A DNA stretch of 64,000 bases from Eledone cirrhosa (taxonomy: Eukaryota), in contig OZ024757.1 of assembly GCA_964016885.1 (NCBI GenBank), positions 10,602,001 to 10,666,000 of the forward strand. The letters run 5' to 3'. Shown piece by piece: positions 12,001 through 24,000 of the stretch. Under the pieces are notes generated by a model. That model did not search any database, was not told where the DNA came from, and saw only the letters and a list, made by a program, of their open reading frames with translations. Both the position numbers and the translations under genes were made by a program. How positions within the stretch are numbered: the stretch's first letter is position 1; each line of letters opens with the position of its first letter.

Positions 12001-15000
12001 AGAGTTGATGGTGATGGCGGTGGTGGTAGTGTTGATGGTGGTGGCGGTGGAGGTAGTGTTGATGGTGGTGGCGGTGGTGGTAGTGTTGAGTATGGTGGAG
12101 GTGTTGGTGGTAGTGTTGATGGTGGTGGCGGTGGTGGTGGTAGTGTTGATGGTGGTGGCGGTGGTGGTAGAGTTGATGGTGATGGTGGTGGTGGTAGTGT
12201 TGATGGTGGTGGCGGTGGTGGTAGTGTTGATGGTGGTGGCGGTGGTGGTAGTGTTGATGGTGCTGGAGGTGTTGGTGGTAGTGTTGATGGTGGTGGCGGT
12301 GGTGGTGGTAGTGTTGATGGTGGTGGCGGTGGTGGTAGAGTTGATGGTGATGGCGGTGGTGGTAGTGTTGATGGTGGTGGCGGTGGTGGTAGTGTTGATG
12401 GTGGTGGCGGTGGTGGTAGTGTTGATGGTGCTGGAGGTGTTGGTGGTAGTGTTGATGGTGGTGGCGGTGGTGGTGGTAGTGTTGATGGTGGTGGCGGTGT
12501 TGGTTGTGTTGATCGTGGTGGTGGTGGTGGCAGTGTTGATGGTGGTGGCGGTGGTGATGGTAGTTTTGATGGTGGTGGCGGTGGTGGTGGTAGTGTTGTT
12601 GGTGGTGGCGGTGGTGGTAGTGTTGATGGTGGTGGCGGTGGTGGTAGTATTGATGATGGTGGCGGTGGTGGTGGTAGTGTTGATGGTGGTGGCGGTGGTG
12701 GTACTGTTGATGGTGGTGGAGGTGGTGGTGGTAGTGTTGATGGTGGTGGCGGTGGTGGTGGTAGTGTTGATGCTGGTGGCGGTGGTGGTAGAGTTGATGG
12801 TGATGGCGGTGGTGGTAGTGTTGATGGTGGAGGTGGTGGTGGTAGTGTTGATGGTGCTGGCGGTGGTGGTGGTAGTGTTGATGGTGGTGGCGGTGGTGGT
12901 AGTGTTGATGGTGGTGGCGGTGGTGGTAGTGTTGATGGTGGTGGCGGTGGTGGTAGTGTTGATGGTGGTGGTGGCGGTGGTGGTAGTGTTGATGGTGGTT
13001 GCGGTGGTGGTGGTAGTGTTGATGGTGGTGGCGGAGGTGGTAGAGTTGATGGTGATGGCGGTGGTGGTAGTGTTGATGGTGGTGGCGGTGGTGGTAGTGT
13101 TGATGGTGGTGGCGGTGGTGGTAGTGTTGATGGTGGTGGCGGTGGTGGTAGTGTTGATGGTGGTGGTGGCGGTGGTGGTAGTGTTGATGGTGGTTGCGGT
13201 GGTGGTGGTAGTGTTGATGGTGGTGGCGGAGGTGGTAGAGTTGATGGTGATGGCGGTGGTGGTAGTGTTGATGGTGGTGGCGGTGGTGGTAGTGTTGATG
13301 GTGGTGGCGGTGGTGGTAGTGTTGATGGTGGTGGCGGTGGTGGTAGTGTTGATGGTGGTGGCGGTGGTGGTAGTGTTGATGGTGCTGGAGGTGTTGGTGG
13401 TAGTGTTGATGGTGGTGGCGGTGGTGGTGGTAGTGTTGATGGTGGTGGCGGTAGTGGTGGTAGTGTTGATGTTGATGGCGGTGGTGGTAGTGTTGATGGT
13501 GGTGGCGGAGGTGGTAGTGTTGATGGTGGTGGTGGTGGTGGTACTGTTGATGGTGGTGGAGGTGGTGGTGGTAGTGTTGATGGTGGTGGCGGTGGTGGTG
13601 GTAGTGTTGATGGTGGTAGTGTTGATGGTGGTGGCGGTGGTGGTAGTGTTGATGGCGGTAGCGGTGGTGGTAGTGTTGATGGTGATGGCGGTGGTGGTAG
13701 TGTTGATGGTGGAGGTGGTGGTGGTAGTGTTGATGGTGGTGGCGGTGGTGGTGGTAGTGTTGATGGTGGTGGCGGTGGTGGTAGAGTTGATGGTGATGGC
13801 GGTGGTGGTAGTGTTGAGTGTGGTGGAGGTGTTGGTGGTAGTGTTGATGGTGGTGGCGGTGGTGGTGGTAGTGTTGATGGTGGTGGCGGTGGTGGTAGTG
13901 TTGATGGTGCTGGAGGTGTTGGTGGTAGTGTTGATGGTGGTGTCGGTGGTGGTGGTAGTGTTGATGGTGGTGGCGGTGGTGGTATTGTTGAGTGTGGTGG
14001 AGGTGTTGGTGGTAGTGTTGATGGTTCTGGCGGTGGTGGTGGTAGTTTTGATGGTGGTGGCGGTAGTGTTGATGGTGGTGGCGGTGGTGGTAGTGTTGAT
14101 GGTGGTGGCGGTGGTGGTAGTGTTGATGGTGGTGGCGGTGGTGGTAGAGTTGATGGTGATGGCGGTGGTGGTAGTGTTGATGGTGGTGGCGGTGGTGGTA
14201 GTGTTGATGGTGGTGGCGGTGGTGGTAGTGTTGAGTGTGGTGGAGGTGTTGGTGGTAGTGTTGATGGTGGTGGCGGTGGTGGTGGTAGTGTTGATGGTGG
14301 TGGCGGTGGTGGTAGTGTTGATGGCGGTGGTGCTGGTAGTGTTGATGGTGGTGACTGTCGTGGTGGTAGTGTTGATGGTGGTGGCGGTGGTGGTAGTGTT
14401 GATGGTGGTGGTGGTAGTGTTGATGGTGGTGGCGGTGGTGGTAGTGTTGATGGTGGTGCTGGTGGTGGTAGTGTTGATGGTGGTGGTGGTGGTACTGTTG
14501 ATGGTGGTGGAGGTGGTGGTGGTAGTGTTGATGGTGGTGGCGGTGGTGGTGGTAGTGTTGATGGTGGTGGTGGTAGTGTTGAGTGTGGTGGAGGTGTTGG
14601 TGGTAGTGTTGATGGTGGTGGCGGTGGTGGTGGTAGTGTTGATGGTGGTGGCGGTGGTGGTAGTGTTGATGGTGGTGGTGGTGGTGGTAGTGTTGATGGT
14701 GGTGGTGGTGGTGGTACTGTTGATGGTGGTGGAGGTGGTGGTGGTAGTGTTGATGGTGGTGGCGGTGGTGGTGGTAGTGTTGATGGTGGTGGTGGTAGTG
14801 TTGATGGTGGTGGCGGTGGTGGTAGTGTTGATGGCGGTGGCGGTGGTGGTAGTATTGATGGTGATGGCGGTGGTGGTAGTGTTGATGGTGGAGGTGGTGG
14901 TGGTAGTGTTGATGGTGGTGGCGGTGGTGGTGGTAGTGTTGATGGTGGTGGCGGTGGTGGTAGAGTTGATGGTGATGGCGGTGGTGGTAGTGTTGATGGT

Positions 15001-18000
15001 GGTGGCGGTGGTGGTAGTGTTGATCGTGGTGGCGGTGGTGGTAGTGTTGAGTGTGGTGGAGGTGTTGGTGGTAGTGTTGATGGTGGTGGCGGTGGTGGTG
15101 GTAGTGTTGATGGTGGTGGCGGTGGTGGTAGTGTTGATGGTGGTGGCGGTGGTGGTAGTGTTGATGGTGGTGGCGGTGGTGGTAGTTTTGATGGTGGTGG
15201 CGGTGGTGGTGGTAGTGTTGATGGTGGTGGCGGTGGTGGTAGAGTTGATGGTGATGGCGGTGGTGGTAGTGTTGATTGTGGTGGCGGTGGAGGTAGTGTT
15301 GATTGTGGTGGCGGTGGTCGTAGTGTTGAGTGTGGTGGAGGTGTTGGTGGTAGTGTTGATGGTGGTGGCGGTGGTGGTGGTAGTGTTGATGGTGGTGGCG
15401 GTGGTGGTAGTGTTGATTGTGGTGGCGGTGGAGGTAGTGTTGATGGTGGTGGCGGTGGTCGTAGTGTTGAGTGTGGTGGAGGTGTTGGTGGTAGTGTTGA
15501 TGGTGGTGGCGGTGGTGGTGGTAGTGTTGATGGCGGTGGCGGTGGTGGTAGTATTGATGGTGATGGCGGTGGTGGTAGTGTTGATGGTGGAGGTGTTGGT
15601 GGTAGTGTTGATGGTGGTGGCGGTGGTGGTGGTAGTGTTTCTGGTGGTGGCGGTGGTGGTAGAGTTGATGGTGATGGTGGTGGTGGTAGTGTTGATGGTG
15701 GTGGCGGTGGTGTTAGTGTTGATGGTGGTGGCGGTGGTGGTAGTGTTGATGGTGCTGGAGGTGTTGGTGGTAGTGTTGATGGTGGTGGCGGTGGTGGTGG
15801 TAGTGTTGATGGTGGTGGCGGAGGTGGTAGAGTTGATGGTGATGGCGGTGGTGGTAGTGTTGATGGTGGTGGCGGTGGAGGTAGTGTTGATGGTGGTGGC
15901 GGTGGTGGTAGTGTTGAGTATGGTGGAGGTGTTGGTGCTAGTGTTGATGGTGGTGGCGGTGGTGGTGGTAGTGTTGATGGTGGTGGCGGTGGTGGTAGAG
16001 TTGATGGTGATGGTGGTGGTGGTAGTGTTGATGGTGGTGGCGGTGGTGGTAGTGTTGATGGTGGTGGCGGTGGTGGTAGTGTTGATGGTGCTGGAGGTGT
16101 TGGTGGTAGTGTTGATGGTGGTGGCGGTGGTGGTGGTAGTGTTGATGGTGGTGGCGGTGGTGGTAGAGTTGATGGTGATGGCGGTGGTGGTAGTGTTGAT
16201 GGTGGTGGCGGTGGTGGTAGTGTTGATGGTGGTGGCGGTGGTGGTAGTGTTGAGTGTGGTGGAGGTGTTGGTGGTAGTGTTGATGGTGGTGGCGGTGGTG
16301 GTGGTAGTGTTGATGGTGGTGGCGATGGTGGTAGAGTTGATGGTGATGGTGGTGGTGGTAGTGTTGATGGTGGTGGCGGTGGTGGTAGTGTTGATGGTGG
16401 TGGCGGTGGTGGTAGTGTTGATGGTGCTGGAGGTGTTGGTGGTAGTGTTGATGGTGATGGCGGTGGTGGTGGTAGTGTTGATGGTGGTGGCGGTGTTGGT
16501 AGTGTTGATCGTGGTGGTGGTGGTGGCAGTGTTGATGGTGGTGGCGGTGGTGATGGTAGTTTTGATGGTGGTGGCGGTGGTGGTGGTAGTGTTGTTGGTG
16601 GTGGCGGTGGTGGTAGTGTTGATGGTGGTGGCGGTGGTGGTACTGTTGATGGTGGTGGAGGTGGTGGTGGTAGTGTTGATGGTGGTGGCGGTGGTGGTGG
16701 TAGTGTTGATGCTGGTGGCGGTGGTGGTAGAGTTGATGGTGATGGCGGTGGTGGTAGTGTTGATGGTGGAGGTGGTGGTGGTAGTGTTGATGGTGGTGGC
16801 GGTGGTGGTGGTAGTGTTGATGGTGGTGGCGGTGGTGGTAGTGTTGATGGTGGTGGCGGTGGTGGTAGTGTTGATGGTGGTGGCGGTGGTGGTAGTGTTG
16901 ATGGTGGTGGTGGCGGTGGTGGTAGTGTTGATGGTGGTTGCGGTGGTGGTGGTAGTGTTGATGGTGGTGGCGGAGGTGGTAGAGTTGATGGTGATGGCGG
17001 TGGTGGTAGTGTTGATGGTGGTGGCGGTGGTGGTAGTGTTGATGGTGGTGGCGGTGGTGGTAGTGTTGATGGTGGTGGCGGTGGTGGTAGTGTTGATGGT
17101 GGTGGTGGCGGTGGTGGTAGTGTTGATGGTGGTTGCGGTGGTGGTGGTAGTGTTGATGGTGGTGGCGGAGGTGGTAGAGTTGATGGTGATGGCGGTGGTG
17201 GTAGTGTTGATGGTGGTGGCGGTGGTGGTAGTGTTGATGGTGGTGGCGGTGGTGGTAGTGTTGATGGTGGTGGCGGTGGTGGTAGTGTTGAGTATGGTGG
17301 AGGTGTTGGTGGTAGTGTTGATGGTGGTGGCGGTGGTGGTGGTAGTGTTGATGGTGGTGGCGGTGGTGGTAGAGTTGATGGTGATGGTGGTGGTGGTAGT
17401 GTTGATGGTGGTGGCGGTGGTGGTAGTGTTGATGGTGGTGGCGGTGGTGGTAGTGTTGATGGTGCTGGAGGTGTTGGTGGTAGTGTTGATGGTGGTGGCG
17501 GTGGTGGTGGTAGTGTTGATGGTGGTGGCGGTAGTGGTGGTAGTGTTGATGTTGATGGCGGTGGTGGTAGTGTTGATGGTGGTGGCGGAGGTGGTAGTGT
17601 TGATGGTGGTGGTGGTGGTGGTACTGTTGATGGTGGTGGAGGTGGTGGTGGTAGTGTTGATGGTGGTGGCGGTGGTGGTGGTAGTGTTGATGGTGGTAGT
17701 GTTGATGGTGGTGGCGGTGGTGGTAGTGTTGATGGCGGTAGCGGTGGTGGTAGTGTTGATGGTGATGGCGGTGGTGGTAGTGTTGATGGTGGTGGCGGTG
17801 GTGGTGGTAGTGTTGATGGTGGTGGCGGTGGTGGTAGTGTTGATGGTGATGGCGGTGGTGGTAGTGTTGATGGTGGTGGTGCTGGTGGTAGTGTTGATGG
17901 TGGTGGCGGTGGTGGTAGTGTTGAGTGTGGTGGAGGTGTTGGTGGTAGTGTTGATGGTGGTGGCGGTGGTGGTGGTAGTGTTGATGGTGATGGCGGTGGT

Positions 18001-21000
18001 GTTAGTGTTGATGGTGGTGGCGGTGGTGGTAGTGTTGATGGTGGTGGTGGCGGTGGTGGTAGTGTTGATGGTGGTTGCGGTGGTGGTGGTAGTGTTGATG
18101 GTGGAGGCGGAGGTGGTAGAGTTGATGGTGATGGCGGTGGTGGTAGTGTTGATGGTGGTGGCGGTGGAGGTAGTGTTGATGGTGGTGGCGGTGGTGGTAG
18201 TGTTGAGTATGGTGGAGGTGTTGGTGGTAGTGTTGATGGTGGTGGCGGTGGTGGTGGTAGTGTTGATGGTGGTGGCGGTGGTGGTAGAGTTGATGGTGAT
18301 GGTGGTGGTGGTAGTGTTGATGGTGGTGGCGGTGGTGGTAGTGTTGATGGTGGTGGCGGTGGTGGTAGTGTTGATGGTGCTGGAGGTGTTGGTGGTAGTG
18401 TTGATGGTGGTGGCGGTGGTGGTGGTAGTGTTGATGGTGATGGCGGTGGTGGTAGTGTTGATGGTGGTGGCGGAGGTGGTAGTGTTGATGGTGGTGGTGG
18501 TGGTGCTAGTGTTGATGGTGGTGGTGGTGGTGGTACTGTTGATGGTGGTGGAGGTGGTGGTGGTAGTGTTGATGGTGGTGGCGGTGGTGGTGGTAGTGTT
18601 GATGGTGGTGGTGGTAGTGTTGATGGCGGTGGCGGTGGTGGTAGTGTTGATGGTGATGGCGGTGGTGGTAGTGTTGATGGTGGAGGTGGTGGTGGTAGTG
18701 TTGATGGTGGTGGCGGTGGTGGTGGTAGTGTTGATGGTGGTGGCGGTGGTGGTAGAGTTGATGGTGATGGCGGTGGTGGTAGTGTTGATGGTGGTGGCGG
18801 TGGTGGTAGTGTTGATGGTGGTGGCGGTGGTGGTAGTGTTGAGTGTGGTGGAGGTGTTGGTGGTAGTGTTGATGGTGGTGGCGGTGGTGGTGGTAGTGTT
18901 GATGGTGGTGGCGATGGTGGTAGTGTTGAGTGTGGTGGAGGTGTTGGTGGTAGTGTTGATGGTGGTGGCGGTGGTGGTGGTAGTGTTTCTGGTGGTGGCG
19001 GTGGTGGTAGTGTTGATGGTGATGGTGGTGGTGGTAGTGTTGATGGTGGTGGCGGTGGTGGTGGTAGTGTTTCTGGTGGTGGCGGTGGTGGTAGAGTTGA
19101 TGGTGATGGTGGTGGTGGTAGTGTTGATGGTGGTGGCGGTGGTGGTAGTGTTGATGGTGGTGGCGGTGGTGGTAGTGTTGATGGTGCTGGAGGTGTTGGT
19201 GGTAGTGTTGATGGTGGTGGCGGTGGTGGTGGTAGTGTTGATGGTGGTGGCGGTGTTGGTAGTGTTGATGGTGATGGTGTTGGTGGTAGTGTTGATGGTG
19301 GTGGCGGTGGTGGTGGTAGTGTTTCTGGTGGTGGCGGTGGTGGTAGAGTTGATGGTGATGGTGGTGGTGGTAGTGTTGATGGTGGTGGCGGTGGTGGTAG
19401 TGTTGATGGTGGTGGCGGTGGTGGTAGTGTTGATGGTGCTGGAGGTGTTGGTGGTAGTGTTGATGGTGGTGGCGGTGGTGGTGGTAGTGTTGATGGTGGT
19501 GGCGGTGGTGGTAGTGTTGATGGTGGTGGCGGTGTTGGTAGTGTTGATCGTGGTGGTGGTGGTGGCAGTGTTGATGGTGGTGGCGTGGTGATGGTAGTTT
19601 TGATGGTGGTGGCGGTGGTGGTGGTAGTGTTGTTGGTGGTGGCGGTGGTGGTAGTGTTGATGGTGGTGGCGGTGGTGGTAGTATTGATGATGGTGGCGGT
19701 GGTGGTGGTAGTGTTGATGGTGGTGGCGGTGGTGGTACTGTTGATGGTGGCGGAGGTGGTGGTTGTAGTGTTGATGGTGGTGGCGGTGGTGGTGGTAGTG
19801 TTGATGCTGGTGGCGGTGGTGGTAGAGTTGATGGTGATGGCGGTGGTGGTAGTGTTGATGGTGGAGGTGGTGGTGGTAGTGTTGATGGTGGTGGCGGTGG
19901 GGGTGGTAGTGTTGATGGTGGTGGCGGTGGTGGTAGTGTTGATGGTGGTGGCGGTGGTGGTAGTGTTGATGGTGGTGGCGGTGGTGGTAGTGTTGGTGGT
20001 GGTGGTGGCGGTGGTGGTAGTTTAATGGTGGTGGCGTTGGTGGTGGTAGTGTTGATGGTGGTGGCGGTGGTGGTAGTGTTGAGTATGGTGGAGGTGTTGG
20101 TGGTAGTGTTGATGGTGGTGGCGGTGGTGGTGGTAGTGTTGATGGTGGTGGCGGAGGTGGTAGAGTTGATGGTGATGGCGGTGGTGGTAGTGTTGATGGT
20201 GGTGGCGGTGGAGGTAGTGTTGATGGTGGTGGCGGTGGTGGTAGTGTTGAGTATGGTGGAGGTGTTGGTGGTAGTGTTGATGGTGGTGGCGGTGGTGGTG
20301 GTAGTGTTGATGGTGGTGGCGGTGGTGGTAGAGTTGATGGTGATGGTGGTGGTGGTAGTGTTGATGGTGGTGGCGGTGGTGGTAGTGTTGATGGTGGTGG
20401 CGGTGGTGGTAGTGTTGATGGTGCTGGAGGTGTTGGTGGTAGTGTTGATGGTGGTGGCGGTGGTGGTGGTAGTGTTGATGGTGGTGGCGGTAGTGGTGGT
20501 AGTGTTGATGTTGATGGCGGTGGTGGTAGTGTTGATGGTGGTGGCGGAGGTGGTAGTGTTGATGGAGGTGGTGGTGGTGGTAGTGTTGATGGTGGTGGTG
20601 GTGGTGGTACTGTTGATGGTGGTGGAGGTGGTGGTGGTAGTGTTGATGGTGGTGGCGGTGGTGGTGGTAGTGTTGATGGTGGTGGTGGTAGTGTTGATGG
20701 TGGTGGCGGTGGTGGTAGTGTTGATGGCGGTGGCGGTGGTGGTAGTGTTGATGGTGATGGCGGTGGTGGTAGTGTTGATGGTGGAGGTGGTGGTGGTAGT
20801 GTTGATGGTGGTGGCGGTGGTGGTGGTAGTGTTGATGGTGGTGGCGGTGGTGGTAGAGTTGATGGTGATGGCGTTGGTGGTAGTGTTGATGGTGGTGGCG
20901 GTGGTGGTAGTGTTGATGGTGGTGGCGGTGGTGGTAGTGTTGAGTGTGGTGGAGGTGTTGGTGGTAGTGTTGATGGTGGTGGCGGTGGTGGTGGTAGTGT

Positions 21001-24000
21001 TGATGGTGGTGGCGGTGGTGTTAGTGTTGATGGTGGTGGCGGTGGTGGTAGTGTTGATGGTGGTGGCGGTGGTGGTACTGTTGATGGTGGCGGTGGCGGT
21101 GGTGGTAGTGTTGATGGTGGTGGCGGTGGTGGTGGTAGTGTTGATGGTGGTGGCGGTGGTGGTAGAGTTGATGGTGATGGCGGTGGTCGTAGTGTTGATG
21201 GTGGTGGCGGTGGTGGTAGTGTTGATGGTGGTGGCGGTGGTGGTAGTGTTGAGTGTGGTGGAGGTGTTGGTGGTAGTGTTGATGGTGGTGGCGGTGGTGG
21301 TAGTGTTGAGTGTGGTGGAGGTGTTGGTGGTAGTGTTGATGGTGGTGGCGGTGGTGGTGGTAGTGTTGATGGTGGTGGCGGTGGTGTTAGTGTTGATGGT
21401 GGTGGCGGTGGTGGTAGTGTTGATGGTGGTGGCGGTGGTGGTACTGTTGATGGTGGCGGTGGCGGTGGTGGTAGTGTTGATGGTGGTGGCGGTGGTGGTG
21501 GTAGTGTTGATGGTGGTGGCGGTGGTGGTAGAGTTGATGGTGATGGCGGTGGTCGTAGTGTTGATGGTGGTGGCGGTGGTGGTAGTGTTGATGGTGGTGG
21601 CGGTGGTGGTAGTGTTGAGTGTGGTGGAGGTGTTGGTGGTAGTGTTGATGGTGGTGGCGGTGGTGGTGGTAGTGTTGATGGTGGTGGCGGTGGTGGTAGT
21701 GTTGATGGTGCTGGAGGTGTTGGTGGTAGTGTTGATGGTGGTGTCGGTGGTGGTGGTAGTGTTGATGGTGGTGGCGGTGGTGGTATTGTTGAGTGTGGTG
21801 GAGGTGTTGGTGGTAGTGTTGATGGTTCTGGCGGTGGTGGTGGTAGTTTTGATGGTGGTGGCGGTAGTGTTGATGGTGGTGGCGGTGGTGGTAGTGTTGA
21901 TGGTGGTGGCGGTGGTGGTAGAGTTGATGGTGATGGCGGTGGTGGTAGTGTTGATGGTGGTGGCGGTGGTGGTAGTGTTGATGGTGGTGGCGGTGGTGGT
22001 AGTGTTGAGTGTGGTGGAGGTGTTGGTGGTAGTGTTGATGGTGGTGGCGGTGGTGGTGGTAGTGTTGATGGTGGTGGCGGTGGTGGTAGTGTTGATGGCG
22101 GTGGTGCTGGTAGTGTTGATGGTGGTGACTGTCGTGGTGGTAGTGTTGATGGTGGTGGCGGTGGTGGTAGTGTTGATGGTGGTGGCGGTGGTGGTAGTGT
22201 TGATGGTGGTGGTGGTAGTGTTGATGGTGGTGGCGGTGGTGGTAGTGTTGATGGTGGTGCTGGTGGTGGTAGTGTTGATGGTGGTGGTGGTGGTGGTACT
22301 GTTGATGGTGGTGGAGGTGGTGGTGGTAGTGTTGATGGTGGTGGCGGTGGTGGTGGTAGTGTTGATGGTGGTGGTGGTAGTGTTGATGGTGGTGGCGTGG
22401 TGGTAGTGTTGATGGCGGTGGCGGTGGTGGTAGTATTGATGGTGATGGCGGTGGTGGTAGTGTTGATGGTGGAGGTGGTGGTGGTAGTGTTGATGGTGGT
22501 GGCGGTGGTGGTGGTAGTGTTGATGGTGGTGGCGGTGGTGGTAGAGTTGATGGTGATGGCGGGGGTGGTAGTGTTGATGGTGGTGGCGGTGGTGGTAGTG
22601 TTGATCGTGGTGGCGGTGGTGGTAGTGTTGAGTGTGGTGGAGGTGTTGGTGGTAGTGTTGATGGTGGTGGCGGTGGTGGTGGTAGTGTTGATGGTGGTGG
22701 CGGTGGTGGTAGTGTTGATGGTGGTGGCGGTGGTGGTAGTGTTGATGGTGGTGGCGGTGGTGGTAGTGTTGATGGTGGTGGCGGTGGTGGTGGTAGTGTT
22801 GATGGTGGTGGCGGTGGTGGTAGAGTTGATGGTAATGGCGGTGGTGGTAGTGTTGATTGTGGTGGCGGTGGTGGTAGTGTTGATGGTGGTGGCGGTGGTC
22901 GTAGTGTTGAGTGTGGTGGAGGTGTTGGTGGTAGTGTTGATGGTGGTGGCGGTGGTGGTGGTAGTGTTGATGGTGGTGGCGGTGGTGGTAGTGTTGATGG
23001 TGGTGGCGGTGGTGGTAGTGTTGATGGTGGAGGTGGTGGTGGTAGTGTTGATGGTGGTGGCGGTGGTGGTGGTAGTGTTGATGGTGGTGGCGGTGGTGGT
23101 AGTGTTGATGGTGGTGGCGGTGGTGGTAGTGTTGATGGTGGTGGCGGTGGTGGTAGTGTTGATGGTGGTGGCGGTGGTGGTAGTGTTGATGGTGGTGGCG
23201 GTGGTGGTAGTGTTGATGGTGGTGGTGGCGGTGGTGGTAGTGTTGATGGTGGTTGCGGTGGTGGTGGTAGTGTTGATGGTGGTGGCGGAGGTGGTAGAGT
23301 TGATGGTGATGGCGGTGGTGGTAGTGTTGATGGTGGTGGCGGTGGAGGTAGTGTTGATGGTGGTGGCGGTGGTGGTAGTGTTGAGTATGGTGGAGGTGTT
23401 GGTGGTAGTGTTGATGGTGGTGGCGGTGGTGGTGGTAGTGTTGATGGTGGTGGCGGTGGTGGTAGAGTTGATGGTGATGGTGGTGGTGGTAGTGTTGATG
23501 GTGGTGGCGGTGGTGGTAGTGTTGATGGTGGTGGCGGTGGAGGTAGTGTTGATGGTGGTGGCGGTGGTGGTAGTGTTGAGTATGGTGGAGGTGTTGGTGG
23601 TAGTGTTGATGGTGCTGGAGGTGTTGGTGGTAGTGTTGATGGTGGTGGCGGTGGTGGTGGTAGTGTTGATGGTGGTGGCGGTAGTGGTGGTAGTGTTGAT
23701 GTTGATGGCGGTGGTGGTAGTGTTGATGGTGGTGGCGGAGGTGGTAGTGTTGATGGTGGTGGTGGTGGTGCTAGTGTTGATGGTGGTGGTGGTGGTGGTA
23801 CTGTTGATGGTGGTGGAGGTGGTGGTGGTAGTGTTGATGGTGGTGGCGTTGGTGGTGGTAGTGTTGATGGTGGTGGTGGTAGTGTTGATGGTGGTGGCGG
23901 TGGTGGTAGTGTTGATGGCGGTGGCGGTGGTGGTAGTGTTGATGGTGATGGCGGTGGTGGTAGTGTTGATGGTGGAGGTGGTGGTGGTAGTGTTGATGGT

